This document shows positions 10,139 to 18,721 of a stretch of 32,000 nt of DNA, piece after piece. Position numbers and translations under genes: made by a program. The stretch covers positions 4,046,497 to 4,078,496 of the forward strand of contig NC_003902.1 of assembly GCF_000007145.1 (NCBI RefSeq), in the 5' to 3' direction. Under the pieces are notes generated by a model. It did no database searches. It had not been told where the DNA came from and was given only the letters and a program-made list of their open reading frames with translations. The stretch is from Xanthomonas campestris pv. campestris str. ATCC 33913 (GTDB lineage: Bacteria; Pseudomonadota; Gammaproteobacteria; Xanthomonadales; Xanthomonadaceae). Position 1 is the stretch's first letter. Each line of letters begins with the position of its first letter.

Positions 10139-11371
10139 ATGAAGATCTATCTTGTGGGCGGCGCAGTCCGCGATGCCTTGCTCGGCCAGCCAGCCGGCGA
10201 CCGCGACTGGGTGGTGGTCGGCGCCGACCAGGCCCAGATGCAGGCGCTGGGCTACAAGCCGGTGGGCAAGGATTTCCCCGTATTCCTGCACCCGCGCAGC
10301 GGCGAGGAATACGCGCTGGCACGCACCGAGCGCAAGTCCGGGCGTGGCTACCGTGGCTTTGTCGTGGACGCCGACCCGTCGGTGACGCTCGAAGAAGACC
10401 TGCTGCGCCGCGACTTCACCATCAATGCGATTGCACGCGACGAAGCCAGCGGCGAAGTGTTCGACCCGTATGGCGGCGTACGCGATCTGCAGCAACGCGT
10501 GTTGCGGCATGTGGGCCCGGCGTTTGTGGAAGACCCGGTGCGCGTGCTGCGTGCGGCGCGCTTCATGGCACGGTTGGCGCCGCTGGGGTTTGGCATTGCG
10601 CCGGAAACCGCCGCGCTGATGCGCGAGATGGCCGACAGCGGCGAACTGGACAGCCTGGTGCCCGAACGCGTATGGCAGGAGCTGCGCCGCGTGCTGGGCA
10701 GTGCGCAGCCTTCCGCGTTCCTGCGCACCTTGCACGACACCGGCGCGCTGCGCGCCATCCTGCCCGAGCTCGACGCGCTGTACGGCGTGCCGCAGCGTGC
10801 CGAGTTCCATCCGGAAGTGGATACCGGCGTGCACCAGGAGATGGTCAGCGACATGGCTGCGCGGCTTGCGCCCGGCGATGCGCTGGTGGGATTTGCAGCG
10901 CTCACCCATGACCTGGGCAAGGCGCTGACCCCGCCGGAGCAATGGCCGCGCCATGTGATGCATGAGCAGCGCGGCGTGGCCCCGTTGCAGGCGCTGTGCG
11001 AGCGGCTGAAAGTGCCGCAGGACTATCGCCAGCTTGCGGTCACCGCCTGCCGCGAACATCTCAACGTGCATCGCTTGCCCGAACTGCGCGACCGCACCGT
11101 GCATGAGCTGCTGGTGCGGTGCGACGGCTTCCGTCGGCCGGAGCGCATCGCCCAACTGGCGCTGGTCTGTGAGGCGGACAAGCGCGGCCGGTTGGGCAGC
11201 GAAGAAGCCGCATACCCGCAAGGGCCGGAACTGCAGCGTGTGCACGCCGCGGCGCTGGCGATCAATGCGCGTGATCTTGCGGCAGACGGTTTGCAGGGCC
11301 CGCAGATTGGTGAGGCATTGGCCAGTGCGCGCATCGCCGCCATTGCACAGGCGCGCAGCTTGCGTCAGTAA
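10139..11371 (+). CDS. cca: Multifunctional CCA-adding enzyme (tRNA nucleotidyltransferase with HD phosphohydrolase domain)
   Basis: Encodes 410 aa from the ATG at 10139. The N-terminus [16 protein letters not shown]...DRDWVVVG is the class II nucleotidyltransferase motif, and RRDFTINA is present. The C-terminal HD domain is LTHDLGK. The length matches enterobacterial Cca. Confidence 0.95.
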
Positions 11372-11453
11372 GCGCGGGATCGACGCGCGGTGTGGGCGCC
11401 GCGCGGCCACACGGCAGGCCAAGCCGTCTCGGTGACACCCACTCGGTGATACT

Positions 11454-11494
11454 CACCTGGCGAACGCCCGCACGCAGCCGGCGTTCGCCAGGTG
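11454..11494. terminator. Strong stem-loop between convergent cca and the TonB-dependent receptor (putative bidirectional terminator)
   Basis: A perfect 15-bp stem is formed by CACCTGGCGAACGCC (11454-11468) and GGCGTTCGCCAGGTG (11480-11494), with an 11-nt loop. It lies 7 nt beyond the receptor stop (11501) and 83 nt beyond the cca stop. There is no U-tract on either strand. Confidence 0.5.
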
Positions 11495-11500
11495 GTACAG

Positions 11501-14197
11501 CTACAGCTTGAAGTTGAGGCTCAGCATGAAGGCGCGGCCGTTCTTGTACAGGTAGTACGGCTGGTTCTTGTTGCCGATGTAGCTGAAGTAGGTTTCGTCC
11601 AGCAGGTTGGTGGCTTCCAGCGCCACACGCAGCCGCTCGGTGGCCTGATAGCCCACCGACGCATCCACCTGGGTAAACGCATCGGTCATCTGCTGCCCGT
11701 TGAGCCGTCCGATCTGGGTGAAGTATTCCGAACGCCAGCCCAGGTTGACGCGCGCACTCCACTTGCCCTGCTCGTAGTACGGGCTGATGTTGTAGGCATT
11801 GCGCGAGTTGTACGGCAGGCTGTAGTCGCCATCGGTGTTGGAGTCGGAATAGGTGTAGTTGGCCACCACGCCGAAGCCATTGCCGAAGTTGTGCTGAAGA
11901 TTGACCGCCACACCGCGCACCTTTGCATCGCCGGCATTGGTCGGCACCGAGGTCTGGTAGGTGCTGGAGCCGCCGGTGGCATTGTTGAAGAACACCCGGT
12001 CCTGCACGGTGGTGAGGATGTAGTTGGAGATATCGCGCGAGAAGAACTCGCCGCTGAGCACGCTGCTGTCGGTGAAGTACCACTCCAGCGATGCGCCCAG
12101 GTTAGTCGACTCGTACGGGCTCAAGCCGGGGTTGCCGGTGGAGGCGGTCAGCGTGGTGTCGTCGGTGGCCACGTACGGGGTCATGTTGGTATAGCGCGGC
12201 CGCGCGATGACCTTGGAGGCGGCGAAACGCATGATCAGATCGTCGCGCAGGTCGTAGGCGATGTTGAACGCCGGCAGCCACTTGCCATAACTGCTCAGGA
12301 AATTCACCGGCGTATAGCCGCCGCCCGGTGCGTAGCTATAGCCATCGGTGGAGTCGCGCGTATGCACATAGCGCACGCCGATGTTGCCGCGATAACGCTC
12401 ACCGGAGAAATTGCCCTGCAGGAACCAGGCGCGGTTCTGTTCTTCGATGCTGTAGTTGCCCGCATAGCTGATCGGCAAGCCTTCATCGCCTTCGAGCCCG
12501 CCGATGTACTGGCTGATGGCGCCACTGTTGATCGTCGACCAGCGCTGCATGTCGGCACTGGTCGATAGCCCGTCCAGATAGCCGGAGGGCGTGGTGCCCG
12601 GCGAGAACGCGGCCAGCGTGCTGCCATCGTTCGGGTTCCAGGTACGGCTGTACGACGACTGCCCGGTGGCGTGATTGGTGAGCTTGATGCCGGTAAGAAT
12701 CTGCGTGAACGGGCCCCACTCCACCGCATGGTCGAAGTCCAGCTGCAGGTAGCGTTCCTTGTCGTACTGCGGGCTATGGCTGGCCGAAGCGTTGTTGAGC
12801 TGCATCGCGGCCGCATTGGTGGGGTCGGTGCTGTAGTCCATTGCGGTGCGGCGCCCGTCGATGTTGTAGCTGTAGCCGGCCAGGTTGCGGAACTGGATGC
12901 CGTAGATGCGCTCGGCGCCGCCTTGCGAGCTGGTGTAGCCCACCTGGCTGGAGGCATTCCAGCCATCGCCATGCCAGTCGGCACGCAGATGGATGCTGCC
13001 GGTACTGACCTCGCTGTTGCGCAGGTAACCGTCCAGGAACGTGGTGGATTGATCACCGAACGTACCCGAGGTGGCAATGCCGTTTTCGAACCCCAGCGCT
13101 TGCGCATCGCCAGGCGTGGAGCCCCAGTAGCCGTAGCGGCTCTGGTTGTAGTTGTCGAAGCTTTCCTTGACGTACAGGCCGGTCAGGTTGAGCTCGAAGT
13201 CTGCATCCGGCTTCCACTGCAGTGCGGCACTGACGCCATCGCGCTTACGCGTCTGCTGAAACAAGGCGGTGTTGATCGAGGTGGGAAACACCCCGGTATT
13301 GTTGCCGACCACGGCAGCGGGAAAGCCGGCGCCTGCCACATCGTCGTAACCGAAGATCTCCACACCATCACGGCGCAGCACGCGTTGCGAATGCATCACC
13401 GAGGTGAGCACGCCGAGCGTTTCATCCTGGTTTTTCCAGCTGTACAACGCGGAGGCATTGGGCTTGCCTTCTTCGGAACGATCGTTGTACCCGTAGCTCA
13501 CGGTGCCGGTGAGCGTGTTGCGCTCCAGCTCCAGCGGCTTGCGCGTGTGCACGATCACGGTGCCGCCGATCGAGCCCTCATCAATGCGCGCCTCAGGCGT
13601 CTTGTAGACCTCCATCAGGCCCACCACCTCCGGTGCCAGCGTGCTGTAGTTGAACGAGCGGCTGTCCGGGTCGTTGGGGTCGCCGCCCCAGCTGGTGGAG
13701 GCGATGGTCTGGCCATTGAGCAACACGCGGTTGAGCGCCGGGTCGGTACCGAGGATGCTGACTTTTTCGCCTTCGCCGAACTGGCGGTCCACGGTGATGC
13801 CGGAGAGCCGCGACAGCGACTCGGCGACGTTGGTGTCGGGGAATTTGCCGATGTCTTCGGCGCTGATCGCATCGACGATGGCATCGGCATTGCGCTTGAC
13901 GTTGAGCGCCTTGCCCAGGCTGGCCTGGTACCCGACAACCTTGACTTCGTCCAACGTGGACACCGAGGGATTGGTGGGCGCGGCGTCCTGCGCAACTGCA
14001 GGGGATGGCGGCTGTGCCGGCGCTGCTGCGGGCTGTTGCTGCGCAAGCGCCGGAAGCGCCAGCGCGCCACTCACTGTTACGCCACCGATCAACAAAGCGC
14101 GGACCGCTGCGCTCAGTGGCACGCGCCGTGGTGGTTGCCGGTGCGCGGCGGTGCAGGTTGATTCGACTGACCATTGGAACGATCGGGGAAACAGCAT
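11501..14197 (-). CDS. TonB-dependent outer-membrane receptor, probable member of the GlcNAc (NagR) regulon (Nix-like)
   Basis: Encodes 898 aa. It has a long signal peptide ending ALALPALA|QQQ, a TonB box/plug (TLDEVKVVGYQASL...AEDIGKFPDTNVAESLSRLSGITV) and a C-terminal ...LSLNFKL. GAGG lies 9 nt upstream of the ATG. A LacI-type palindrome lies about 200 nt upstream (14394-14417), and the gene sits next to the nag genes on the same strand. Confidence 0.9.
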   Translation of the reverse strand: MLFPRSFQWSVESTCTAAHRQPPRRVPLSAAVRALLIGGVTVSGALALPALAQQQPAAAPAQPPSPAVAQDAAPTNPSVSTLDEVKVVGYQASLGKALNVKRNADAIVDAISAEDIGKFPDTNVAESLSRLSGITVDRQFGEGEKVSILGTDPALNRVLLNGQTIASTSWGGDPNDPDSRSFNYSTLAPEVVGLMEVYKTPEARIDEGSIGGTVIVHTRKPLELERNTLTGTVSYGYNDRSEEGKPNASALYSWKNQDETLGVLTSVMHSQRVLRRDGVEIFGYDDVAGAGFPAAVVGNNTGVFPTSINTALFQQTRKRDGVSAALQWKPDADFELNLTGLYVKESFDNYNQSRYGYWGSTPGDAQALGFENGIATSGTFGDQSTTFLDGYLRNSEVSTGSIHLRADWHGDGWNASSQVGYTSSQGGAERIYGIQFRNLAGYSYNIDGRRTAMDYSTDPTNAAAMQLNNASASHSPQYDKERYLQLDFDHAVEWGPFTQILTGIKLTNHATGQSSYSRTWNPNDGSTLAAFSPGTTPSGYLDGLSTSADMQRWSTINSGAISQYIGGLEGDEGLPISYAGNYSIEEQNRAWFLQGNFSGERYRGNIGVRYVHTRDSTDGYSYAPGGGYTPVNFLSSYGKWLPAFNIAYDLRDDLIMRFAASKVIARPRYTNMTPYVATDDTTLTASTGNPGLSPYESTNLGASLEWYFTDSSVLSGEFFSRDISNYILTTVQDRVFFNNATGGSSTYQTSVPTNAGDAKVRGVAVNLQHNFGNGFGVVANYTYSDSNTDGDYSLPYNSRNAYNISPYYEQGKWSARVNLGWRSEYFTQIGRLNGQQMTDAFTQVDASVGYQATERLRVALEATNLLDETYFSYIGNKNQPYYLYKNGRAFMLSLNFKL

Positions 14198-14393
14198 TGC
14201 GTTGACCTCGTGGCTGATACGTCAGGCCGCAACCGATGGGCTGCGCTGAAGCGCGCTGTGCGCGCCGTGCTGCACTCCGTCCCCTGCGCCGGCGTGCAAA
14301 CAGTGATCCGTGCGGCATGTGCGCAACGGATCGAGATGCCGGGCCAAGGCTTGGCCAGCGGCGGTGATGTGCTGGTGCGGAACGAAGCTCCTG

Positions 14394-14417
14394 TTCGCTG
14401 ACAACGTTATCAGCGAA
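14394..14417. promoter_or_regulatory. 24-nt near-perfect palindrome, candidate NagR (LacI-family) operator
   Basis: TTCGCTGACAAC|GTTATCAGCGAA has one mismatch between its half-sites and a central CG, as in LacI-family operators. The core TGACAACGTTATCA resembles the TGACA-RCGY-TGTCA type NagR box recalled from the X. campestris GlcNAc regulon. It sits immediately downstream of a TTGACA hexamer. Confidence 0.6.
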
Positions 14418-14444
14418 GGTGCCTTCCGATAGCGGCACTGTCAA
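14416..14444 (-). promoter_or_regulatory. Candidate sigma70 promoter of the NagR-box TonB-dependent receptor
   Basis: Read on the minus strand: a perfect -35 TTGACA (14444-14439), a 17-nt spacer, then a weak -10 CACCTT (14421-16) that overlaps the palindrome edge. This implies a 5' UTR of about 200 nt. Confidence 0.3.
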
Positions 14445-14844
14445 CTTTTCGCCAGAACCCCCTTGTTTTATGCGGAATACGCTGTCCTAGGCGTCGATAA
14501 TGGAACGACAGCGTGACCAGGATCGCATTCCAGCAAACAGCCCATGCAGAACACTGCGCCGGCGACCTCGCCCAGCAAGGCTGCGCAGCGAAATGTTGCA
14601 TTGCAGAGGTCGTGCTGGGGCCTATTGCATAAGTGGCACCATGCGACGCTGCAATGCGCGTGATCGCAGCTGGTCGCGTTGGCGTGACGCGCAATGCAGG
14701 CGACGCGTGCCGTTGGACGATGCGCCTGCCTGTTTCAGGGCTGCGTCATGCTATCGCTCGCCCACAGCGTAATCAGAGCAAGGCTTCCGTTGCCGGTCTT
14801 CGCGTCGCGTTGATCCAACGCAATCCGCGCACGCCTTGCGTGTA

Positions 14845-16215
14845 TCACTGCGCCGGTGCGCACCGCTGCATTCGCAGCCATTGCGCCGCCGCATCGATGG
14901 CATCGGCCTGCGGGTCCAGCGCCATATCCGGTTGCAAGGCGCCATCCAGACGCTGTGCATTGCGGTCCTGCATCGCACTGCTGGCAACCGCAAGCACGCC
15001 ACCACCGGGCAGATCGACCGTGCGATTGCTGGTGGTCTGCCCCGCACTCGGCTGGCCGAAGCTCCGCGTAGCCGGACGGCCACGAAACGCGATGGCGACC
15101 ATTTCGCCCGCGCTTGCCGTGTTTGGCCCGATCAGCACGGCCACCGGGCGATCGGTTTGCGCGACGCGCACGCCGGACATCGGCGGCACGGCTCTTGCTC
15201 GCCACGGCGTCTGCTCGCCATCTGCGTTGAGGAAGTAGCCGAGCACGTGATCACCGAGCAACGGCTGCAAGCCGTTGACCATAGGCCACATGGTGCCCCC
15301 GCTGTTCTGCCGCAGATCGATGATCCAGCCGCAGCGTGCCTGCGATGCCATGCCATCCAGCGCGGCGCTCAGCGCGCGTTGATAGTCGCCCCTGACATCA
15401 CTGGACGAGGTCATCAGGCCGGGCACCGCGACATAGCCCACATCGGGCTGCAGCAACCGTGCCTGCACTGTAGCGTGCGTGGCATGCGCCTCCACATCGC
15501 GCAGGGTGCTAGGCCGTAACAGTGCGCTGTGGCCGTCATCGAGCTCGGCAATCAGCGCCTCGATGGCGGCATAGGCGTCGGCTTTGCGCATGCTGGCGGC
15601 CTGGGCGCGCAACTGTGGCTCGCGGGTGGCCCAATCGATGCGGCTGCGCTGTAACGCATGCTCCCTGATCGCAGGAATCGCAACGTCGAGAATCGCCGCT
15701 GCAGACGCAGCATCCACGACAGGTTGGGCCATCAGCCGTAGGGCAGTAACTTCGACGGCGCCATCGCCAGCCAGCACGACACCAATTGCCAGTCGATTTG
15801 CTTGCTCAGGAATCTGCATCGCGATACCACGGCGTGCCTGAGCGCTGCCACTCACCCGCTCGGCTTGCGAGGTTTCGAATGCCACGACCTTGCCCTGCGC
15901 ATCGACTGCGCGCATCCACAGGTTTGCGCCCGGGACGGCGCTGAAGGTGTGCAGAAGACCATCCAAGGCCAGCGACTGACCACGCAGCGGGACGGCATCG
16001 AGTTGCACGGCGGCCGCACCGAACGCGGCCGTGCGCTTGGTGCGTGCGGTCAGACGTAGCCGTGCGCCCTCGGCCGATTCCACATCGCCCTGCGCAGCAT
16101 CCAACTGGTAATCTGTGCCGCCGGCAACCAGTTGCCAGTTGGCCGCAGCCGCAATTGCATGCGCGCCAAGCAGCAAACACCCCACCAGCCACCATCGCAT
16201 CCGTGCGTGTCTCAT
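14845..16215 (-). CDS. Secreted S41-family serine peptidase (C-terminal-processing/tail-specific protease fold) with an unassigned N-terminal domain
   Basis: Encodes 456 aa from the ATG at 16215 (AAGG lies 9 nt upstream; an alternative GTG is at 16221). The signal peptide is MRHARMRWWLVGCLLLGAHAIAAAA. The C-terminal half has the S41 hallmark VAVLIGPNTASAGEMVAIAFRGRP (nucleophile Ser in the SAGE context). I could not assign a family to the N-terminal ~170 aa by eye. Confidence 0.8.
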   Translation of the reverse strand: MRHARMRWWLVGCLLLGAHAIAAAANWQLVAGGTDYQLDAAQGDVESAEGARLRLTARTKRTAAFGAAAVQLDAVPLRGQSLALDGLLHTFSAVPGANLWMRAVDAQGKVVAFETSQAERVSGSAQARRGIAMQIPEQANRLAIGVVLAGDGAVEVTALRLMAQPVVDAASAAAILDVAIPAIREHALQRSRIDWATREPQLRAQAASMRKADAYAAIEALIAELDDGHSALLRPSTLRDVEAHATHATVQARLLQPDVGYVAVPGLMTSSSDVRGDYQRALSAALDGMASQARCGWIIDLRQNSGGTMWPMVNGLQPLLGDHVLGYFLNADGEQTPWRARAVPPMSGVRVAQTDRPVAVLIGPNTASAGEMVAIAFRGRPATRSFGQPSAGQTTSNRTVDLPGGGVLAVASSAMQDRNAQRLDGALQPDMALDPQADAIDAAAQWLRMQRCAPAQ

Positions 16216-16529
16216 CGGCACTGCCTTGTCCTGGAGTTGATCGCGACTCTAGCAGCCACGACGTGCCACTGTGGATGGCAGCGCTGCATGCGTGGCGGCG
16301 GCGATTCAGCGCTACAGGCAATGGCAAGGCACAGCAACCGTTCCGGACCGTGCCTGGCAGGCATGCCGCGCCGTTGTCGCGACGGCAGATGCCCACCGCT
16401 CAACCTTCCGGCGAGCACTGCCCCTTGAACGTCAACACCGTACCGAGGCACGCAACCGGTGACTGCGATCCGCAGGCACGGCACATCGACGGCGCTACAC
16501 GTCAGCGAGCGCAACCATGCTGCACAACG

Positions 16530-17684
16530 TCAGTCGCGCTGCCCCGCCACCCAGGTGTCCAGCACGTGCACGTCTGCATCCACCAGCACCAGGTCGGCCT
16601 GGTAACCCGGTGCGATGCGGCCCAGGCGCTCGCCCAGGCCGATGCACTGCGCCGGATAGGTGGACGCCATGCGCGCGGCTTCGGCCAGGTCCACGCCCAG
16701 CCATTGCACGCTGTTGCGCACCGCGGTGGCCATGTCCAGCGCGGAGCCGGCAAGCGCACCGGCGGCATTGCGTACCACGCCGTCGATGGCGGTGATGGTT
16801 TCGCCGTACAGATCGAAGCTGGGGCTGTCGGCACCGACCATCGGCATGGCGTCGGTGACCAGCAGCAGCTTGCCGCGCGGCTTGGCGGCCAGCGCCACGC
16901 GCAGGCTGGCCGGATGCACATGCACGCCGTCCACGATGACGCCGCACCATACCGCGGGATCTTCCAGCGCGGCGCCCACGGCATTGGGCTCGCGCCCGGC
17001 CAGTGGCGACATCGCGTTGTACAAATGGGTGAAGCCGCTGACGCCGGCGGCAATGCCGTCGCGCGCCTGCTCGTAGGTGGCGGCGGTATGGCCGGCAAAC
17101 ACAACTGCACCACCGGCGACAAAGGCACGGATGTCGTCCAGCGGCACGCGCTCGGGCGCGAGCGTGATCAGGGTGACGCCGTTGTCCAGCGAGGTGTCCA
17201 CCGCGATCTCGTGCGCGTCGGGCACGCGGAACTTCTGTGCGTCGTGGGTGCCTTTGCGCGCCGGGCTCAGGTACGGGCCTTCCAGATGAATCCCGAGCAC
17301 GCCCGGCACGCCCTGTGCGATCGCCTGGCGCGTGGCGGCGATGGCCTCGGCCATCACCTCGGCGGTGTCGCTGATCAGCGTGGGCAACATGCCGGTGGTG
17401 CCGTAGCGGCGATGCGCTGCGGCGATCGTCGCCAGCGCCTGCGGCGTGCAGGCGTTGTTGAACAACACCCCGCCGCCGCCATTGACCTGGATGTCGATGA
17501 AGCCGGGCAGCAGGGTCGCCCCGCCCAGATCCACGCGCGTGCCGGCCTGCGCCACGCGCGCATCGTCGGCCGCGACAACGGCCTGGATCTGCGCGCCGTC
17601 CAGCAGCACGGCCAGGCCGTCCTGCAGGCCGTCATCGGTGAGCACGCGTGCATTGCAAAGCGCTTGAATCGGGGAAGCATCCAT
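16530..17684 (-). CDS. nagA: N-acetylglucosamine-6-phosphate deacetylase
   Basis: Encodes 384 aa from the ATG at 17684 (the track start at 17690 is a TTG). Amidohydrolase motifs are present: FIDIQVNGGGGVLFN, GIHLEGPYLS and HLYNAMS. The ATG lies 2 nt after the nagB-II stop (TGAACATG). Confidence 0.93.
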   Translation of the reverse strand: MDASPIQALCNARVLTDDGLQDGLAVLLDGAQIQAVVAADDARVAQAGTRVDLGGATLLPGFIDIQVNGGGGVLFNNACTPQALATIAAAHRRYGTTGMLPTLISDTAEVMAEAIAATRQAIAQGVPGVLGIHLEGPYLSPARKGTHDAQKFRVPDAHEIAVDTSLDNGVTLITLAPERVPLDDIRAFVAGGAVVFAGHTAATYEQARDGIAAGVSGFTHLYNAMSPLAGREPNAVGAALEDPAVWCGVIVDGVHVHPASLRVALAAKPRGKLLLVTDAMPMVGADSPSFDLYGETITAIDGVVRNAAGALAGSALDMATAVRNSVQWLGVDLAEAARMASTYPAQCIGLGERLGRIAPGYQADLVLVDADVHVLDTWVAGQRD

Positions 17685-17686
17685 GT

Positions 17687-18715
17687 TCAAACCGTTTCCG
17701 TGACCTTGTTCAAATGCGGCGGCAGATCGGGGTTATGCCCGCGCTGCAGGGCCAGTGCGTTGATGGCGCGGTAGAAGCTCTGCACGGTGAGCAACGGTGC
17801 GCACGCCGGGTGCGCGGCATCGGCCAGCGGCAGGTCGCCATCGGGCGCGGCCAGCCACACCTGCGCGCCACGTGCGCGAAATTCTTCCGCCAGGGCGCGC
17901 GTGCCTGCACCGGTTTCATCCGGCTGCGCGAACACCAGCACCGGGAAGCCCGGGCCCACCAAGGCCATCGGGCCATGCTTGACCTCGGCCGAGCTGTAGG
18001 CCTCGGCGTGCAGGCCGCAGGTTTCCTTGAACTTCAGCGCGGCTTCCTGCGCCGCGCCCAGGCCCAGGCCACGGCCGAGCACGAACAGATTGTGCGCCGG
18101 CTTCAGGCCGCTGGTGAGTGCGGACCAATCGGCCTGCCAGGCGCTGCGCAGCTGCTGCGGCAACTGCTGCACGGCGGCGAGCAATGCGGGGTCGTTCTTC
18201 CACACCGCGCCCAGGTGCAGCACCGCAGCGAGCGAGGCGAGATAGCTCTTGGTCGCGGCCACGCTCTTTTCCGGGCCGGCACCGAGCGGAATCACCACCT
18301 CGGCCAGCTGCGCCAGCGGCGAATCTTCCACGTTGACCAGCGCCACCACGCGCGCACCGGCGGCCTTGGCGGCTTCGGCATTGCGCAGCAGGTCCGGGCT
18401 CTTGCCCGATTGCGAAATCACGATGTACAGCGCGCCGCGCAACTGCAGCGGCGCCACATAGACCGAGCCCACCGAGGGCGAAGCCGATGCGGTGACGATG
18501 CCGAGCTGGGTTTCGAACAGGTACTTGGCGTAGGTGGCGGCGTGATCGGAACTGCCGCGCGCGCAGGTCACCACGAACGGTGGCGGGTTCTCGCGCAGCG
18601 ACTGCGCCAACGTGGCGATGGTGTCGGCATTACGCGCGAACTGTGCAGCGACCACGTCGGCGGTTTCGGCCGCCTCGCGGAACATCAAGGTGTCGGTTTC
18701 CTGGGGGAGATTCAT
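17687..18715 (-). CDS. nagB-II: SIS-domain glucosamine-6-phosphate deaminase/isomerase (NagB-II type, GlmS isomerase-domain-like)
   Basis: Encodes 342 aa with two SIS (sugar isomerase) repeats: VTCARGSSDHAATYAKYLFE and ISQSGKSPD. It sits between nagR and nagA, in the arrangement described for Xanthomonas/Shewanella-type GlcNAc pathways. Confidence 0.85.
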   Translation of the reverse strand: MNLPQETDTLMFREAAETADVVAAQFARNADTIATLAQSLRENPPPFVVTCARGSSDHAATYAKYLFETQLGIVTASASPSVGSVYVAPLQLRGALYIVISQSGKSPDLLRNAEAAKAAGARVVALVNVEDSPLAQLAEVVIPLGAGPEKSVAATKSYLASLAAVLHLGAVWKNDPALLAAVQQLPQQLRSAWQADWSALTSGLKPAHNLFVLGRGLGLGAAQEAALKFKETCGLHAEAYSSAEVKHGPMALVGPGFPVLVFAQPDETGAGTRALAEEFRARGAQVWLAAPDGDLPLADAAHPACAPLLTVQSFYRAINALALQRGHNPDLPPHLNKVTETV

Positions 18716-18721
18716 CGGAGC

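Noticed and set aside
9959-11422. 487-aa ORF on the - strand
   Set aside because: It is antisense to cca. The cca frame has unambiguous nucleotidyltransferase and HD motifs.
12671-14161. 496-aa ORF (and 11492-12568, 358 aa) on the + strand
   Set aside because: Both are antisense to the second TonB-dependent receptor and are shadow ORFs of the same kind.
14394-14417. TTCGC...N15...CGAAG, considered as a plant-inducible-promoter (PIP) box
   Set aside because: A PIP box is a direct repeat (TTCGB-N15-TTCGB). Here the second half is the reverse complement, so this is simply the outer part of the LacI-type palindrome.
14634-14649. TGGCAC hexamer, considered as a sigma54 -24 element
   Set aside because: The required GC of the -12 element (TTGC) is not at the canonical spacing, since the sequence reads TGGCACCATGCGACGC. 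No gene lies downstream on that strand.
14500-14772. 90-aa Arg-rich ORF on the + strand (and 14633-15238) in the receptor upstream spacer
   Set aside because: It has about 25% Arg and several Cys, no RBS and no homology recognisable by eye. It partly overlaps the S41 peptidase 3' end in antisense and is likely non-coding.
16370-16386. Partial palindrome GCCGTTGTCGCGACGGC upstream of the S41 peptidase, considered as a second NagR box
   Set aside because: The half-sites match poorly (about 5 of 8 to the CGACAACG expected from symmetry). It also lacks the TGACA/TGTCA core seen at 14394-14417.
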